This document shows, piece after piece, positions 1 through 7,183 of a stretch of 48,359 nucleotides of DNA. Origin of the DNA: a virus (Duplodnaviria > Caudoviricetes). The stretch lies in IMG/VR virus record IMGVR_UViG_3300020045_002918, positions 1 through 48,359 of that record; one strand, 5' to 3'. Both the position numbers and the translations under genes were made by a program. Position 1 is the first letter of the stretch, and every line of letters starts with the position of its first letter. The notes below the pieces were generated by a model, which did no database searches, had not been told where the DNA came from, and saw only the letters and a program-made list of their open reading frames with translations.

Positions 1-121
1 TAAACACAATAATATCAATTGATGTTGGATTAGGTGGCGGAATAGCTGTTTTTTCAAATGGAAGAGCCAAAGCCGTTGCCATGCCTAAAAATGTTTATGA
101 AATGAGCCAGTATTTCGCTTA
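1..121. repeat. Terminal direct repeat (assembly overlap of a circular contig), left copy
   Basis: 1-121 is identical to 48239-48359 and falls inside the RuvC-like ORF, so the unit genome is 48238 bp. Confidence 0.95.
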
Positions 122-563
122 TTTGATTGACACTTATGATAATATTATTGTGTTTATTGAAAAGGTTCAAATGTACGGGGGCGGGGATGATGCGCCAGGC
201 AAAAAGTTTGCAATTAATAAGATGCTTGCGAACTACGAACAAGTTTTGACAGTTGTGAAATTGGCAGGATTGCGATATGTAGAAGTTTACCCGATTACAT
301 GGCAAACAACATTAGGTTTGAAATTATCAAAGGTTTACGGGAAAAGAGATGAAACCAAAACCGAAAGAAAAAAAAGGTACAAAGAATATGCGCAAGAGTG
401 CTTCCCAGAAATAAAAGTAAATTTGAAAACTTCAGATGCTTTGTGCTTAATTCAATTTGCTTTGATTAAAATTCAATGTGATGTAAGTTGGATAAGGGAA
501 CGTTTACAAAACAAACCGCCTGAATTATTATTTCAAAATAAATTAAAAAAAGTCGGGCACTAA
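1..563 (+). CDS. RuvC-like Holliday junction resolvase, 3' part (true start at 48229 across the junction)
   Basis: Joined N-terminus MKTLNTIISIDVGLGGGIAV has the RuvC IDxG motif; also VFIEKVQ, VYPITWQ and SDALCL motifs. Confidence 0.8.
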   Translation, partial: NTIISIDVGLGGGIAVFSNGRAKAVAMPKNVYEMSQYFAYLIDTYDNIIVFIEKVQMYGGGDDAPGKKFAINKMLANYEQVLTVVKLAGLRYVEVYPITWQTTLGLKLSKVYGKRDETKTERKKRYKEYAQECFPEIKVNLKTSDALCLIQFALIKIQCDVSWIRERLQNKPPELLFQNKLKKVGH

Positions 564-582
564 CTTTTTTTAACTATATTTG
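536..582 (+). promoter_or_regulatory. 47-bp early promoter/operator, copy 1
   Basis: AAATAAATY-AAAAAAAGT-N9-ACTTTTTTT-AACTATATTTG; ends in a Bacteroidota -7 box TAnnTTTG; four copies in the genome. Confidence 0.8.
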
Positions 583-609
583 CAACAACAAACAAATAAC
601 ATTGGGAAA

Positions 610-1047
610 ATGAATACTACTTTAAAAGAGAATGACGCTTTGCGAATGCTGGCTTCATCTGCAAAATTATCCATTTCAAACCTAGAGAAAAGGATATTAG
701 AGAAAATGGAATCTGAAAAGTTATTGACTGGAAATGTTGAAGACATTGGATTGTCCGTTTTGGAGATTATGAAATTAAACGGATATGATGCACAGGATGC
801 AATAAATATCCTTTTCCCTGAAGACTTCAAGAACCAAGAAATTATCCAGTTATTAGATGCCATTTTAATTTGGGGGGATGCTAAAAACAATCCATGTCCT
901 AAATGCGGATGCGAAGTTTTACACGAACCGCACTCGCACGGGAAACATTTTTGGGAAACATGGGAATGCGATAATTGTGATTTTTCAACTTCAAAAGAAC
1001 CTGATTGGGACACAATGAAAGGAGGGAAAGACTATGAGTGCAATTAA
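610..1047 (+). CDS. Hypothetical protein with C-terminal zinc ribbon
   Basis: CPKC...CDNC; ATG at 610 downstream of the promoter. Confidence 0.7.
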   Translation: MNTTLKENDALRMLASSAKLSISNLEKRILEKMESEKLLTGNVEDIGLSVLEIMKLNGYDAQDAINILFPEDFKNQEIIQLLDAILIWGDAKNNPCPKCGCEVLHEPHSHGKHFWETWECDNCDFSTSKEPDWDTMKGGKDYECN

Positions 1048-1225
1048 AATGAAGCCAAATTTTACAGTTGGTAAAGTAGGAACGAACAAGCCTAATTATA
1101 TTTTAGTGTTTAATTTTGATAATTTAAATTCAATCAGATTGGCGGGATTTGACAAAGAAGAATTTTATAAAGAATATAAAGATTTTCCAATTAAAGCAAT
1201 AGCAGGATTTAGAATAAAAAAATAA
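1034..1225 (+). CDS. Hypothetical protein; its stop codon forms the TAA of the first TAAC core
   Basis: 63 aa ORF overlapping the previous gene; TAA at 1223-1225. Confidence 0.65.
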   Translation: MSAIKMKPNFTVGKVGTNKPNYILVFNFDNLNSIRLAGFDKEEFYKEYKDFPIKAIAGFRIKK

Positions 1226-1345
1226 CGGGAAAGATTGTCGCTGGCTGGAAAAATAAGCCTGATAATTAAATTAATAACTAATTTTAAAAATACAAAACAA
1301 TGACAAAGTTAAAGACAGATGCCAGCTTGCTACAATCGTGTGTTA
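1223..1345. repeat. attC-like hairpin site A
   Basis: TAAC-gggaaa-GATTGT-cgct-GGCTGG ... CCAGCT-tgct-ACAATC-gtgt-GTTA; A-rich loop holds ATG 1300. Confidence 0.8.
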
Positions 1346-1839
1346 GCAAATCGGTTCCGAAAATTAAAACCTATGTACTAACCGTTTCAGAATTTTTCCC
1401 GAAAACTCACAATAAATCTGGATTTCCAACAGGTTTTATTGACAAAATCGGAAGTAAAATTAAAAAGCATACCATTCGTGGAAATTATCCTTTATGGGAA
1501 AAAAGAATTAAAGAAATACAAAAAGGAAATGCTGTTTTGTCAATTCGTTATTGGATTGGAAAACCTTATAATTCCAAACAAAAAGAAGTTTATGTTTTAG
1601 ATAAAAATTCTGGAATTGGAGTTCAAAAATTAACTTTTGAAGAGATGATTATGACTTGCGAAGATGTTTTAGAAACAAAATCAAAAGTAGGGATGCATAT
1701 TTGGAAACCAAATTTTTCAAATATTAAAACTCTGGCGAAAAATGACGGACTTGAACTTGAAGATTTTAAAGAATGGTTCAAAGGTTATGATTTAAGCGAA
1801 CCAATGGCAATAGTTCATTTTACCGCTGAACGTTATTAA
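1300..1839 (+). CDS. Cassette 1: ASCH/PUA-like domain protein
   Basis: KKHTIR and LAKNDGL..EDFKEWF resemble ASCH-family motifs; starts inside site A. Confidence 0.6.
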   Translation: MTKLKTDASLLQSCVSKSVPKIKTYVLTVSEFFPKTHNKSGFPTGFIDKIGSKIKKHTIRGNYPLWEKRIKEIQKGNAVLSIRYWIGKPYNSKQKEVYVLDKNSGIGVQKLTFEEMIMTCEDVLETKSKVGMHIWKPNFSNIKTLAKNDGLELEDFKEWFKGYDLSEPMAIVHFTAERY

Positions 1840-1847
1840 CTGTTTGC

Positions 1848-1976
1848 TAACGTTTGTGGCTTTGCGAGGATTTTCGGTTAAGGATGCGTAATATTTCAGT
1901 TGAGCCAAAAACACACCAAGTACAAACTAAAAATTAAATTAAACCTAAAGCCGAAAATCTCGCAAAACTACTGTTA
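1848..1976. repeat. attC-like hairpin site B
   Basis: TAAC...TTTGCGAG-g-ATTTTCGG ... CCGAAAAT-CTCGCAAA...GTTA, with one bulged G. Confidence 0.85.
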
Positions 1977-2011
1977 TGGTGCGTTGTGGATGGCTGAAAA
2001 ATAAACATCTT

Positions 2012-2317
2012 ATGAAAACTACTTATTTTAAATTTATTGCTCAAAAAACATTTGAAGGAAAAACAATATTAGTTGCTGTTATTCCTGATGATATGTTAGG
2101 AAATGATTTGCCATCTATTTATGAAGGACAAGCGTTCTTAATGCCTGCAACTATCTACACAGGAACTTACCCACAGATAAAGATTAATACCGATACTATC
2201 GTAGATAAAACAGAAGATTTTAAAGGTTTCGGAATTGCGGGCATAATCACAGAAGCCGAATGGTATATCAAAAATGATGTCAAAGAGGATGTTATGGGAA
2301 TTTCTTTGGAAAGATAA
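2012..2317 (+). CDS. Cassette 2: hypothetical protein
   Basis: ORF fills the space between sites B and C; ATG 2012 (alternative 1976). Confidence 0.7.
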   Translation: MKTTYFKFIAQKTFEGKTILVAVIPDDMLGNDLPSIYEGQAFLMPATIYTGTYPQIKINTDTIVDKTEDFKGFGIAGIITEAEWYIKNDVKEDVMGISLER

Positions 2318-2332
2318 ACGAGCAATGCACCA

Positions 2333-2459
2333 TAACGGACGGCGTGTATGGGAGGTTGCGCCGATTCAAGACTAAACTTCCAAATATTACTAATCATTAA
2401 ATTCAAAAACTATGAAATCAAACACAAAACTATTGCGCAATCTCTTATACACGATGTTA
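2333..2459. repeat. attC-like hairpin site C
   Basis: TAAC-ggacgg-CGTGTATGGGAGGTTGCGC ... GCGCAATCTCTTATACACG-at-GTTA; loop holds ATG 2412. Confidence 0.85.
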
Positions 2460-2711
2460 TGCCTTGTTTTTCTTTCGCTAACGTCTTGTGCAGATGTATC
2501 GCCTCACGTTCAGGATTGCATTACAAGTTCTCCTTATGGATTTTGGGGAGGTTTATGGCACGGAATTATTGCTCCATTTTCTTTTTTTGGAAGCTTATTC
2601 ACGGACGATATTGCTCTCTATGCTTATAATAATAACGGGGGTTGGTATAACTTCGGTTTTGTTCTTGGAGCAGGGATTTTATTTTCTAGTTCGTCTAGTT
2701 CTTCAAAATAA
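2412..2711 (+). CDS. Cassette 3: small membrane lipoprotein
   Basis: Signal peptide with lipobox LTSC, then hydrophobic GFWGGLWHGIIAPF and WYNFGFVLG segments. Confidence 0.7.
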   Translation: MKSNTKLLRNLLYTMLCLVFLSLTSCADVSPHVQDCITSSPYGFWGGLWHGIIAPFSFFGSLFTDDIALYAYNNNGGWYNFGFVLGAGILFSSSSSSSK

Positions 2712-2715
2712 GGCA

Positions 2716-2842
2716 TAACGGTTCGCCTGTATGGTAAGTGGCTTGTAAATAAGCCACAAACATTCAATAATTACTAATATTAACAAACACAAAACTATGT
2801 TTAAATTAAGCCAAATAAAGCCATTTATTATACAGGCTGTTA
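2716..2842. repeat. attC-like hairpin site D
   Basis: TAAC-ggttc-GCCTGTATGGTAAGTGGCTT ... AAGCCATTTATTATACAGGC-t-GTTA; loop holds ATG 2797. Confidence 0.85.
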
Positions 2843-3096
2843 GTAGCTGTTTTTCTTCTAAACCACCAAAATTACATTGGTACGATTGCCAATTTTATTA
2901 TAAGAAAAAAGGAGCTGATATGTATTGTGTAGATTTTAATTTACAAGTTGGTTTTGTAAATCAGAAAGACATTCTAAACGGCAGAAAAGTTAAAAAACTA
3001 ACAGGATATAGGGTTGAAGAATTTCCTAAAAAAGTTCTTGATAATGGATTGTTCTATTTTAAGATAAATGCTTATTTAGGGCAGTTCTCAAAATAG
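2797..3096 (+). CDS. Cassette 4: hypothetical protein
   Basis: Starts in site D; TAG lies in the cassette's right inverted end. Confidence 0.7.
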   Translation: MFKLSQIKPFIIQAVSSCFSSKPPKLHWYDCQFYYKKKGADMYCVDFNLQVGFVNQKDILNGRKVKKLTGYRVEEFPKKVLDNGLFYFKINAYLGQFSK

Positions 3097-3100
3097 CTAC

Positions 3101-3185
3101 TAACGGCGGATGCTACAAGCTGTATGCCAGCACAAAATACGAACTGAAAAACTAAAGCCGTGCATATAGCTTGTAGCATATGTTA
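3101..3185. repeat. attC-like hairpin site E (shortest, 85 bp)
   Basis: TAAC-ggcgg-ATGCTACAAGCTGTATGC ... GCATATAGCTTGTAGCAT-at-GTTA. Confidence 0.85.
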
Positions 3186-3220
3186 GCAGGCGTTGTGGGT
3201 TATTAACCAATAAATTTGTT

Positions 3221-3832
3221 ATGAAACTAGATAAAAAACTATGTGAAATTAAAATTTGTAAATTCAAAGATATACGTCATATTTTTGAAGAGTTCCATTA
3301 TAAAAAAGGTAATATGGGTGGGGGAATAAGTATTTGTTTTGGAATGTTTATGGATGGAAATTTAGTAGGCGGAAGCGTACTAGGAAAGCCTAGACACGAA
3401 AAGAAATATAAAAATTGTATTGATATTAGAAGAATGGCTTGTTTAGATAGTTCTCCTTGTAATAGTGAAAGTTATTTTTTAGGACAAATTATAAAATACA
3501 TTACTTGTAATACTGATTATAATTTTGTTTTATCTTATAGCGATATGACTGTAGGACATAACGGGACAATTTACAAGGCATCAAACTTTAAAGAAATAGG
3601 ATTTACCACACCGACAAAATTTGTAGATTGGAATGGTAAAATATACCACCCAAGAAGTTTGACTATTGACAGGGATTATTCATACAAAATGAGGGAAGCC
3701 GTGAAAACAGGCGAAGCAATAATAAAAACAGGGCTTCCAAAGAGAATATGGATATATGAGATAAATAAAAAACTCAGAAACAAAAAATGTATCATGAGAG
3801 ATATACACGCATTGCAAGAAACGTTATTTTGA
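3221..3832 (+). CDS. Cassette 5: Mom-like (GNAT-fold) DNA adenine-modification protein
   Basis: FHY, IRRMACLD..PCNSESYFLG, LSYSD..GHNGTIYKASNF match motifs of the phage Mu Mom family. Confidence 0.75.
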   Translation: MKLDKKLCEIKICKFKDIRHIFEEFHYKKGNMGGGISICFGMFMDGNLVGGSVLGKPRHEKKYKNCIDIRRMACLDSSPCNSESYFLGQIIKYITCNTDYNFVLSYSDMTVGHNGTIYKASNFKEIGFTTPTKFVDWNGKIYHPRSLTIDRDYSYKMREAVKTGEAIIKTGLPKRIWIYEINKKLRNKKCIMRDIHALQETLF

Positions 3833-3854
3833 AAACTAAACGAGCAATGCCTGC

Positions 3855-3978
3855 TAACGCTCTGTCGCTTGTAGCAGGACGTTGATTCAAGACCAATTAT
3901 ACAAGCAAAAAACAATTTATAAATTAAACCCGACCACTCAAACACAAACTAATGCAGTCTTGTTACAAGCGACTGTTA
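3855..3978. repeat. attC-like hairpin site F
   Basis: TAAC-gctct-GTCGCTTGTAGCAGGAC ... GTCTTGTTACAAGCGAC-t-GTTA. Confidence 0.85.
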
Positions 3979-4012
3979 TGGTGCGTTGCGGGTCATTAAA
4001 CGAAAATATGTT

Positions 4013-4357
4013 ATGAAAGTAATATCAAGTAAACCAAAGAAACAGCGAATTTTAAAAAGTGTATATCATAGGATGGAATTTGGAATACATAAAGGTAAAA
4101 AATTAAAAAGACCTTTTAGTATTTCTCCAATTGGAAGTAATTGGTGGTTTTGTTTAAAAGATGGACAATGGAGGCAAGGATATAATGGTACAGGAGGAAT
4201 GACTTCAAATTATTATGCGATGTCACACGATGGATTCAACGATGCTTATTCATTAAAAGCAGTTATTAGATTAATTAGAAAATGGGATATACCTAAAGGA
4301 ACAAAATTTACAGCAAGTTTGCCATTTATAGGTTATGACTTCACTATTACAAAATAG
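4013..4357 (+). CDS. Cassette 6: basic hypothetical protein
   Basis: ORF between sites F and G; ATG 4013. Confidence 0.7.
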   Translation: MKVISSKPKKQRILKSVYHRMEFGIHKGKKLKRPFSISPIGSNWWFCLKDGQWRQGYNGTGGMTSNYYAMSHDGFNDAYSLKAVIRLIRKWDIPKGTKFTASLPFIGYDFTITK

Positions 4358-4388
4358 TTATTAGGAATGATAAACGAGCAATGCACCA

Positions 4389-4514
4389 TAACGTATGGTG
4401 ATTGTCGCTGTTGCCAAAAAACAAACCGATTCATTAAATTAAAAAACAATAATTAAGATGCAAACAAAACTTCAAATTCAAGACCAATCTGGCAATAGCT
4501 ACAATCACGTGTTA
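4389..4514. repeat. attC-like hairpin site G
   Basis: TAAC-gtatg-GTGATTGTcGCTGTTGCCA ... TGGCAATAGCtACAATCAC-gt-GTTA; loop holds ATG 4458; stem resembles site A. Confidence 0.85.
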
Positions 4515-5177
4515 CCGCTTGTTGTTCTGGTCGGTTGCGAGGAATCACAAGCGGTTACAATCGAATTAAGAAAATTAGGTCACGAAGCATATAGTTGTGA
4601 TTTATTGCCGTGTTCTGGAGGGCATTCAGAATGGCATATTCAAGGCGATTGTTTAAAAGAAGCTTATAGTGGTAAATACGATATGGGTATATTTTTCCCG
4701 CCTTGTACTGATTTAGCTGTTAGCGGATCAAGATGGTTTAAGGATAAAATTGCAGATGGTAGCCAGCAGAAAAGTGTGGATTTTTTTATGGACTTAGTAA
4801 ACGCTCCAATTGATATAATAGCAGTTGAAAATCCAATAGGAATTATGAGTGGTAAATATCGAAAGCCTGACCAAATAATACAGCCTTGGCAATTTGGAGA
4901 TAAAGCGCAAAAAAGCACTTGTTTATGGTTAAAGAATTTACCAAAATTACAATCTACTGATATTGTAGAAAAAGGAGAATTTATAACAATGAGCAATGGA
5001 AAAAAAATGGCAAAATGGTATAATGATTCCGCTTTAGAAAGTATGAAGATAAAATGTCCTATTGAACGAAAAGCGTTAAGACAGAAGTTACGAAGCAAAA
5101 CTTTTTTCGGAATTGCCAAAGCTATGGCGCAACAATGGGCTGGAGAAGTTCTTGTTACCGAAGAAGTTGTGCAATAA
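4458..5177 (+). CDS. Cassette 7: phage C5-cytosine DNA methyltransferase-like protein
   Basis: VLVGCEES, SCDL, FFPPCT (catalytic PC), VENP, RSKTF..IAKAMAQQW. Confidence 0.75.
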   Translation: MQTKLQIQDQSGNSYNHVLPLVVLVGCEESQAVTIELRKLGHEAYSCDLLPCSGGHSEWHIQGDCLKEAYSGKYDMGIFFPPCTDLAVSGSRWFKDKIADGSQQKSVDFFMDLVNAPIDIIAVENPIGIMSGKYRKPDQIIQPWQFGDKAQKSTCLWLKNLPKLQSTDIVEKGEFITMSNGKKMAKWYNDSALESMKIKCPIERKALRQKLRSKTFFGIAKAMAQQWAGEVLVTEEVVQ

Positions 5178-5205
5178 GCGGTAACTATTATATATAAAAA
5201 CCATC
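5172..5205 (-). other. Putative attI-like primary recombination site
   Basis: TAAC core at 5182-5185 closes cassette 7 but is followed by TATTATATATAAAAACC with no hairpin; 52 bp upstream of the recombinase ATG. Confidence 0.55.
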
Positions 5206-5237
5206 TGTAAACGCCAATAAACTTAATACCTTACACT

Positions 5238-6041
5238 ATGAATATCGGAAAGTATGTGGAATTGTATTCCGAAGATTTAAAGCTAAAAAATTATTCTGAA
5301 AATACAATTTCGAATTATTCTAATCAAGTAAAATTGTTTTTGGAGTATTTTAATAAAGTAGCCACAAAGCCTTCTGAAATATCAGAAAAGCAGATAAAAA
5401 ATTGGTTATTATTGGCTAATTCAATAAACGGCAGAAAACACAGGATTTCTGCCGTAAAATTGTTTTATAAACTTACAGGAAAACAACCATTAAAATTCAA
5501 ACATATTGAATATCCCAGATCAGAAAGAAAGCTTCCGCAAATAATTGAAAAGGAATTTTTATTGGATGCTATTTCGAAAATAGAAAACACCAAACACAAA
5601 GCGATTATTTCTTTAGCTTATTCAACAGGAATGAGAGTTTCAGAAGTTTGTAATTTAAAAATAGCAGACATTGACAGTAAAAGAATGATTATTACTATCA
5701 GACAAAGTAAAGGAAGGAAAGATAGGATTGTGGGATTATCAGAAAAAATACTTGAAATTTTAAGAATTTATTTTACAGAATATAAGCCAAAAGAATATTT
5801 ATTCAATGGTCAATTTGATTTGAAATATTCATCAACAAGCTGTAATCAGATAGTGAAAAAATATTTAGGTAAAGAATATCATTTTCATTTACTAAGACAT
5901 TCAAACGCTACAGCATTATTAGAAGCGGGGACGGATTTAAGAATTATTCAAAAACATTTAGGTCATGCAAATTGCAAAACGACTGAAATTTATACACACG
6001 TAAGCACTAATGTTTTATCAAAAATGGCATTGCCAATTTAA
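5238..6041 (+). CDS. Tyrosine recombinase (XerD/IntI-like with SAM-like N-domain, no IntI insertion)
   Basis: Catalytic set: GMRVSE, KGRKDR, HLLRH, HLGH, TEIYTH; N-terminal LKNYSENTISNY. Confidence 0.95.
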   Translation: MNIGKYVELYSEDLKLKNYSENTISNYSNQVKLFLEYFNKVATKPSEISEKQIKNWLLLANSINGRKHRISAVKLFYKLTGKQPLKFKHIEYPRSERKLPQIIEKEFLLDAISKIENTKHKAIISLAYSTGMRVSEVCNLKIADIDSKRMIITIRQSKGRKDRIVGLSEKILEILRIYFTEYKPKEYLFNGQFDLKYSSTSCNQIVKKYLGKEYHFHLLRHSNATALLEAGTDLRIIQKHLGHANCKTTEIYTHVSTNVLSKMALPI

Positions 6042-6061
6042 TTAATTTAATATTTTAAACA

Positions 6062-6691
6062 ATGGAGAGATCACAAGAAGAACAAAGAACGAGATTAATG
6101 GACTTAAAAGATTTTGACTTGAAGAAAGTTAAGATTGCGGGAAAATTTGTTGATGTATCACATCATGAAAACGGAAATGATGCGGGGGATGTAGAGAAAA
6201 AAGGACAAACAGTTCCGCACCCTGATTTAAAAAAATCATTGGATGCGCTTGCGCCTTTTATGGCAAGGCATTTGGGATTATTGGAAGGGGTTGAATTAGC
6301 TATAAATTTATATCAAGGCGTTGACTTGGATAAAATGGCTAAATTAGTAGAATTGAAGAAAACAATAATTTCCAGAATGAATGTTGGCGGGTTGACTTTT
6401 GTTGGTTCTAGCGATAAATACGGGGTTATTATTACGGGATCAGTTACGACACCAGAAAGCGGATCAGTAGGATTGGTAACCCCGAAAATTAGTTTTGAAG
6501 AAGATGTTTTGGGATATGAAAAAGAGTGTTTTGAACTTTGCAAAAAAGTAATTGAAGAGGTACACGCCTATAGATTTTGCAATAAAAAAGCACAACAAGA
6601 TATTTTCCAACAAGCGGAAGAATTTGACAAAGAAGAGGCAACGCAAAAGCCTAAAAAAGCATCAAAAAAGGATCAGCAAGAAGAGATTTAA
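6062..6691 (+). CDS. Hypothetical protein
   Basis: 209 aa ORF in the operon. Confidence 0.75.
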   Translation: MERSQEEQRTRLMDLKDFDLKKVKIAGKFVDVSHHENGNDAGDVEKKGQTVPHPDLKKSLDALAPFMARHLGLLEGVELAINLYQGVDLDKMAKLVELKKTIISRMNVGGLTFVGSSDKYGVIITGSVTTPESGSVGLVTPKISFEEDVLGYEKECFELCKKVIEEVHAYRFCNKKAQQDIFQQAEEFDKEEATQKPKKASKKDQQEEI

Positions 6692-6696
6692 TAAAT

Positions 6697-6719
6697 GCGG
6701 GGCAATTGTCCCGCTTTTT
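6697..6719 (+). terminator. Possible intrinsic terminator
   Basis: GCGGGGCAATTGTCCCGC followed by TTTTT. Confidence 0.5.
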
Positions 6720-6730
6720 ATATTTTTATT

Positions 6731-7183
6731 ATGAAAGTAAAGACACATAAGAACTGCAAGAATCCAGATTGCGGAAAAGAATTCAAGCTTTATAATACAA
6801 CTCAAAAATTTTGTTCTGCTCAATGTGTAAGGGCTTGCGAAAAAGAAAAAAAGCCAAAACAAATTTATATAATCCCGCAACAGTCTAAAAAAAGAATTGT
6901 TGAAAATGGAAAATACACAGCTAGAAGAATTATATTTCTTGGAAAGCCAGAGAATAAATTTTGTTTCATCAAAGGATGCGGAAAAAGAGCAGATACAATT
7001 GAACATACAATGGGGCGCAAAGGCTATGCAGACGAAGAAGCAAGAATGGAGGGGATAACATTATATTTAGATGAAAGATTTTGGAAGCCATGTTGTGGAG
7101 ATCACAACAGAGAATTAGAAAACAACCCAGAATTATCCAAAGAGTATCAACTTTCAAAAATACATGGAGGAAAAAAAGAATGA
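6731..7183 (+). CDS. Zinc-binding HNH/NinG-like nuclease
   Basis: CKNPDC..FCSAQC; CFIKGC..TIEH..PCCGDHN. Confidence 0.55.
   Translation: MKVKTHKNCKNPDCGKEFKLYNTTQKFCSAQCVRACEKEKKPKQIYIIPQQSKKRIVENGKYTARRIIFLGKPENKFCFIKGCGKRADTIEHTMGRKGYADEEARMEGITLYLDERFWKPCCGDHNRELENNPELSKEYQLSKIHGGKKE

Larger units (their letters stand above)
1223..6041 (+). mobile_element. Integron-like element: seven gene cassettes plus tyrosine recombinase
   Basis: Seven TAAC...GTTA hairpins alternate strictly with seven genes; cassette-specific inverted ends; terminal half-site at 5172-5185; recombinase at 5238. Confidence 0.85.

Noticed and set aside
1-121. Biological direct terminal repeat
   Set aside because: It lies mid-gene and has a length typical of assembler k-mer overlap
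2348-2718. Alternative + frame ORFs 2348-2629 and 2488-2718
   Set aside because: They overlap the lipoprotein ORF 2412-2711, which has a coherent signal peptide and a stop in the cassette end
1223-4514. Hairpins as intrinsic terminators
   Set aside because: No 3' T-runs, large loops, invariant TAAC/GTTA ends, and ORFs run through them
1223-5185. CRISPR array or simple tandem repeats
   Set aside because: The repeats share structure rather than sequence and are separated by whole genes; no cas genes
1223-5185. Shufflon/invertible segments, since each gene has inverted ends
   Set aside because: All seven genes face the same way, ends are mostly cassette-specific and hairpins lie between them; inversion is disfavoured but not strictly excluded
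5238-6041. Ordinary prophage integrase
   Set aside because: Short, no arm-binding domain, embedded in an early operon with no adjacent repressor or visible attP; cannot be fully excluded
7081-7179. Longer N-terminus for the second methyltransferase
   Set aside because: TTG start deep inside the upstream gene; the ATGA overlap at 7180 gives the family-typical start
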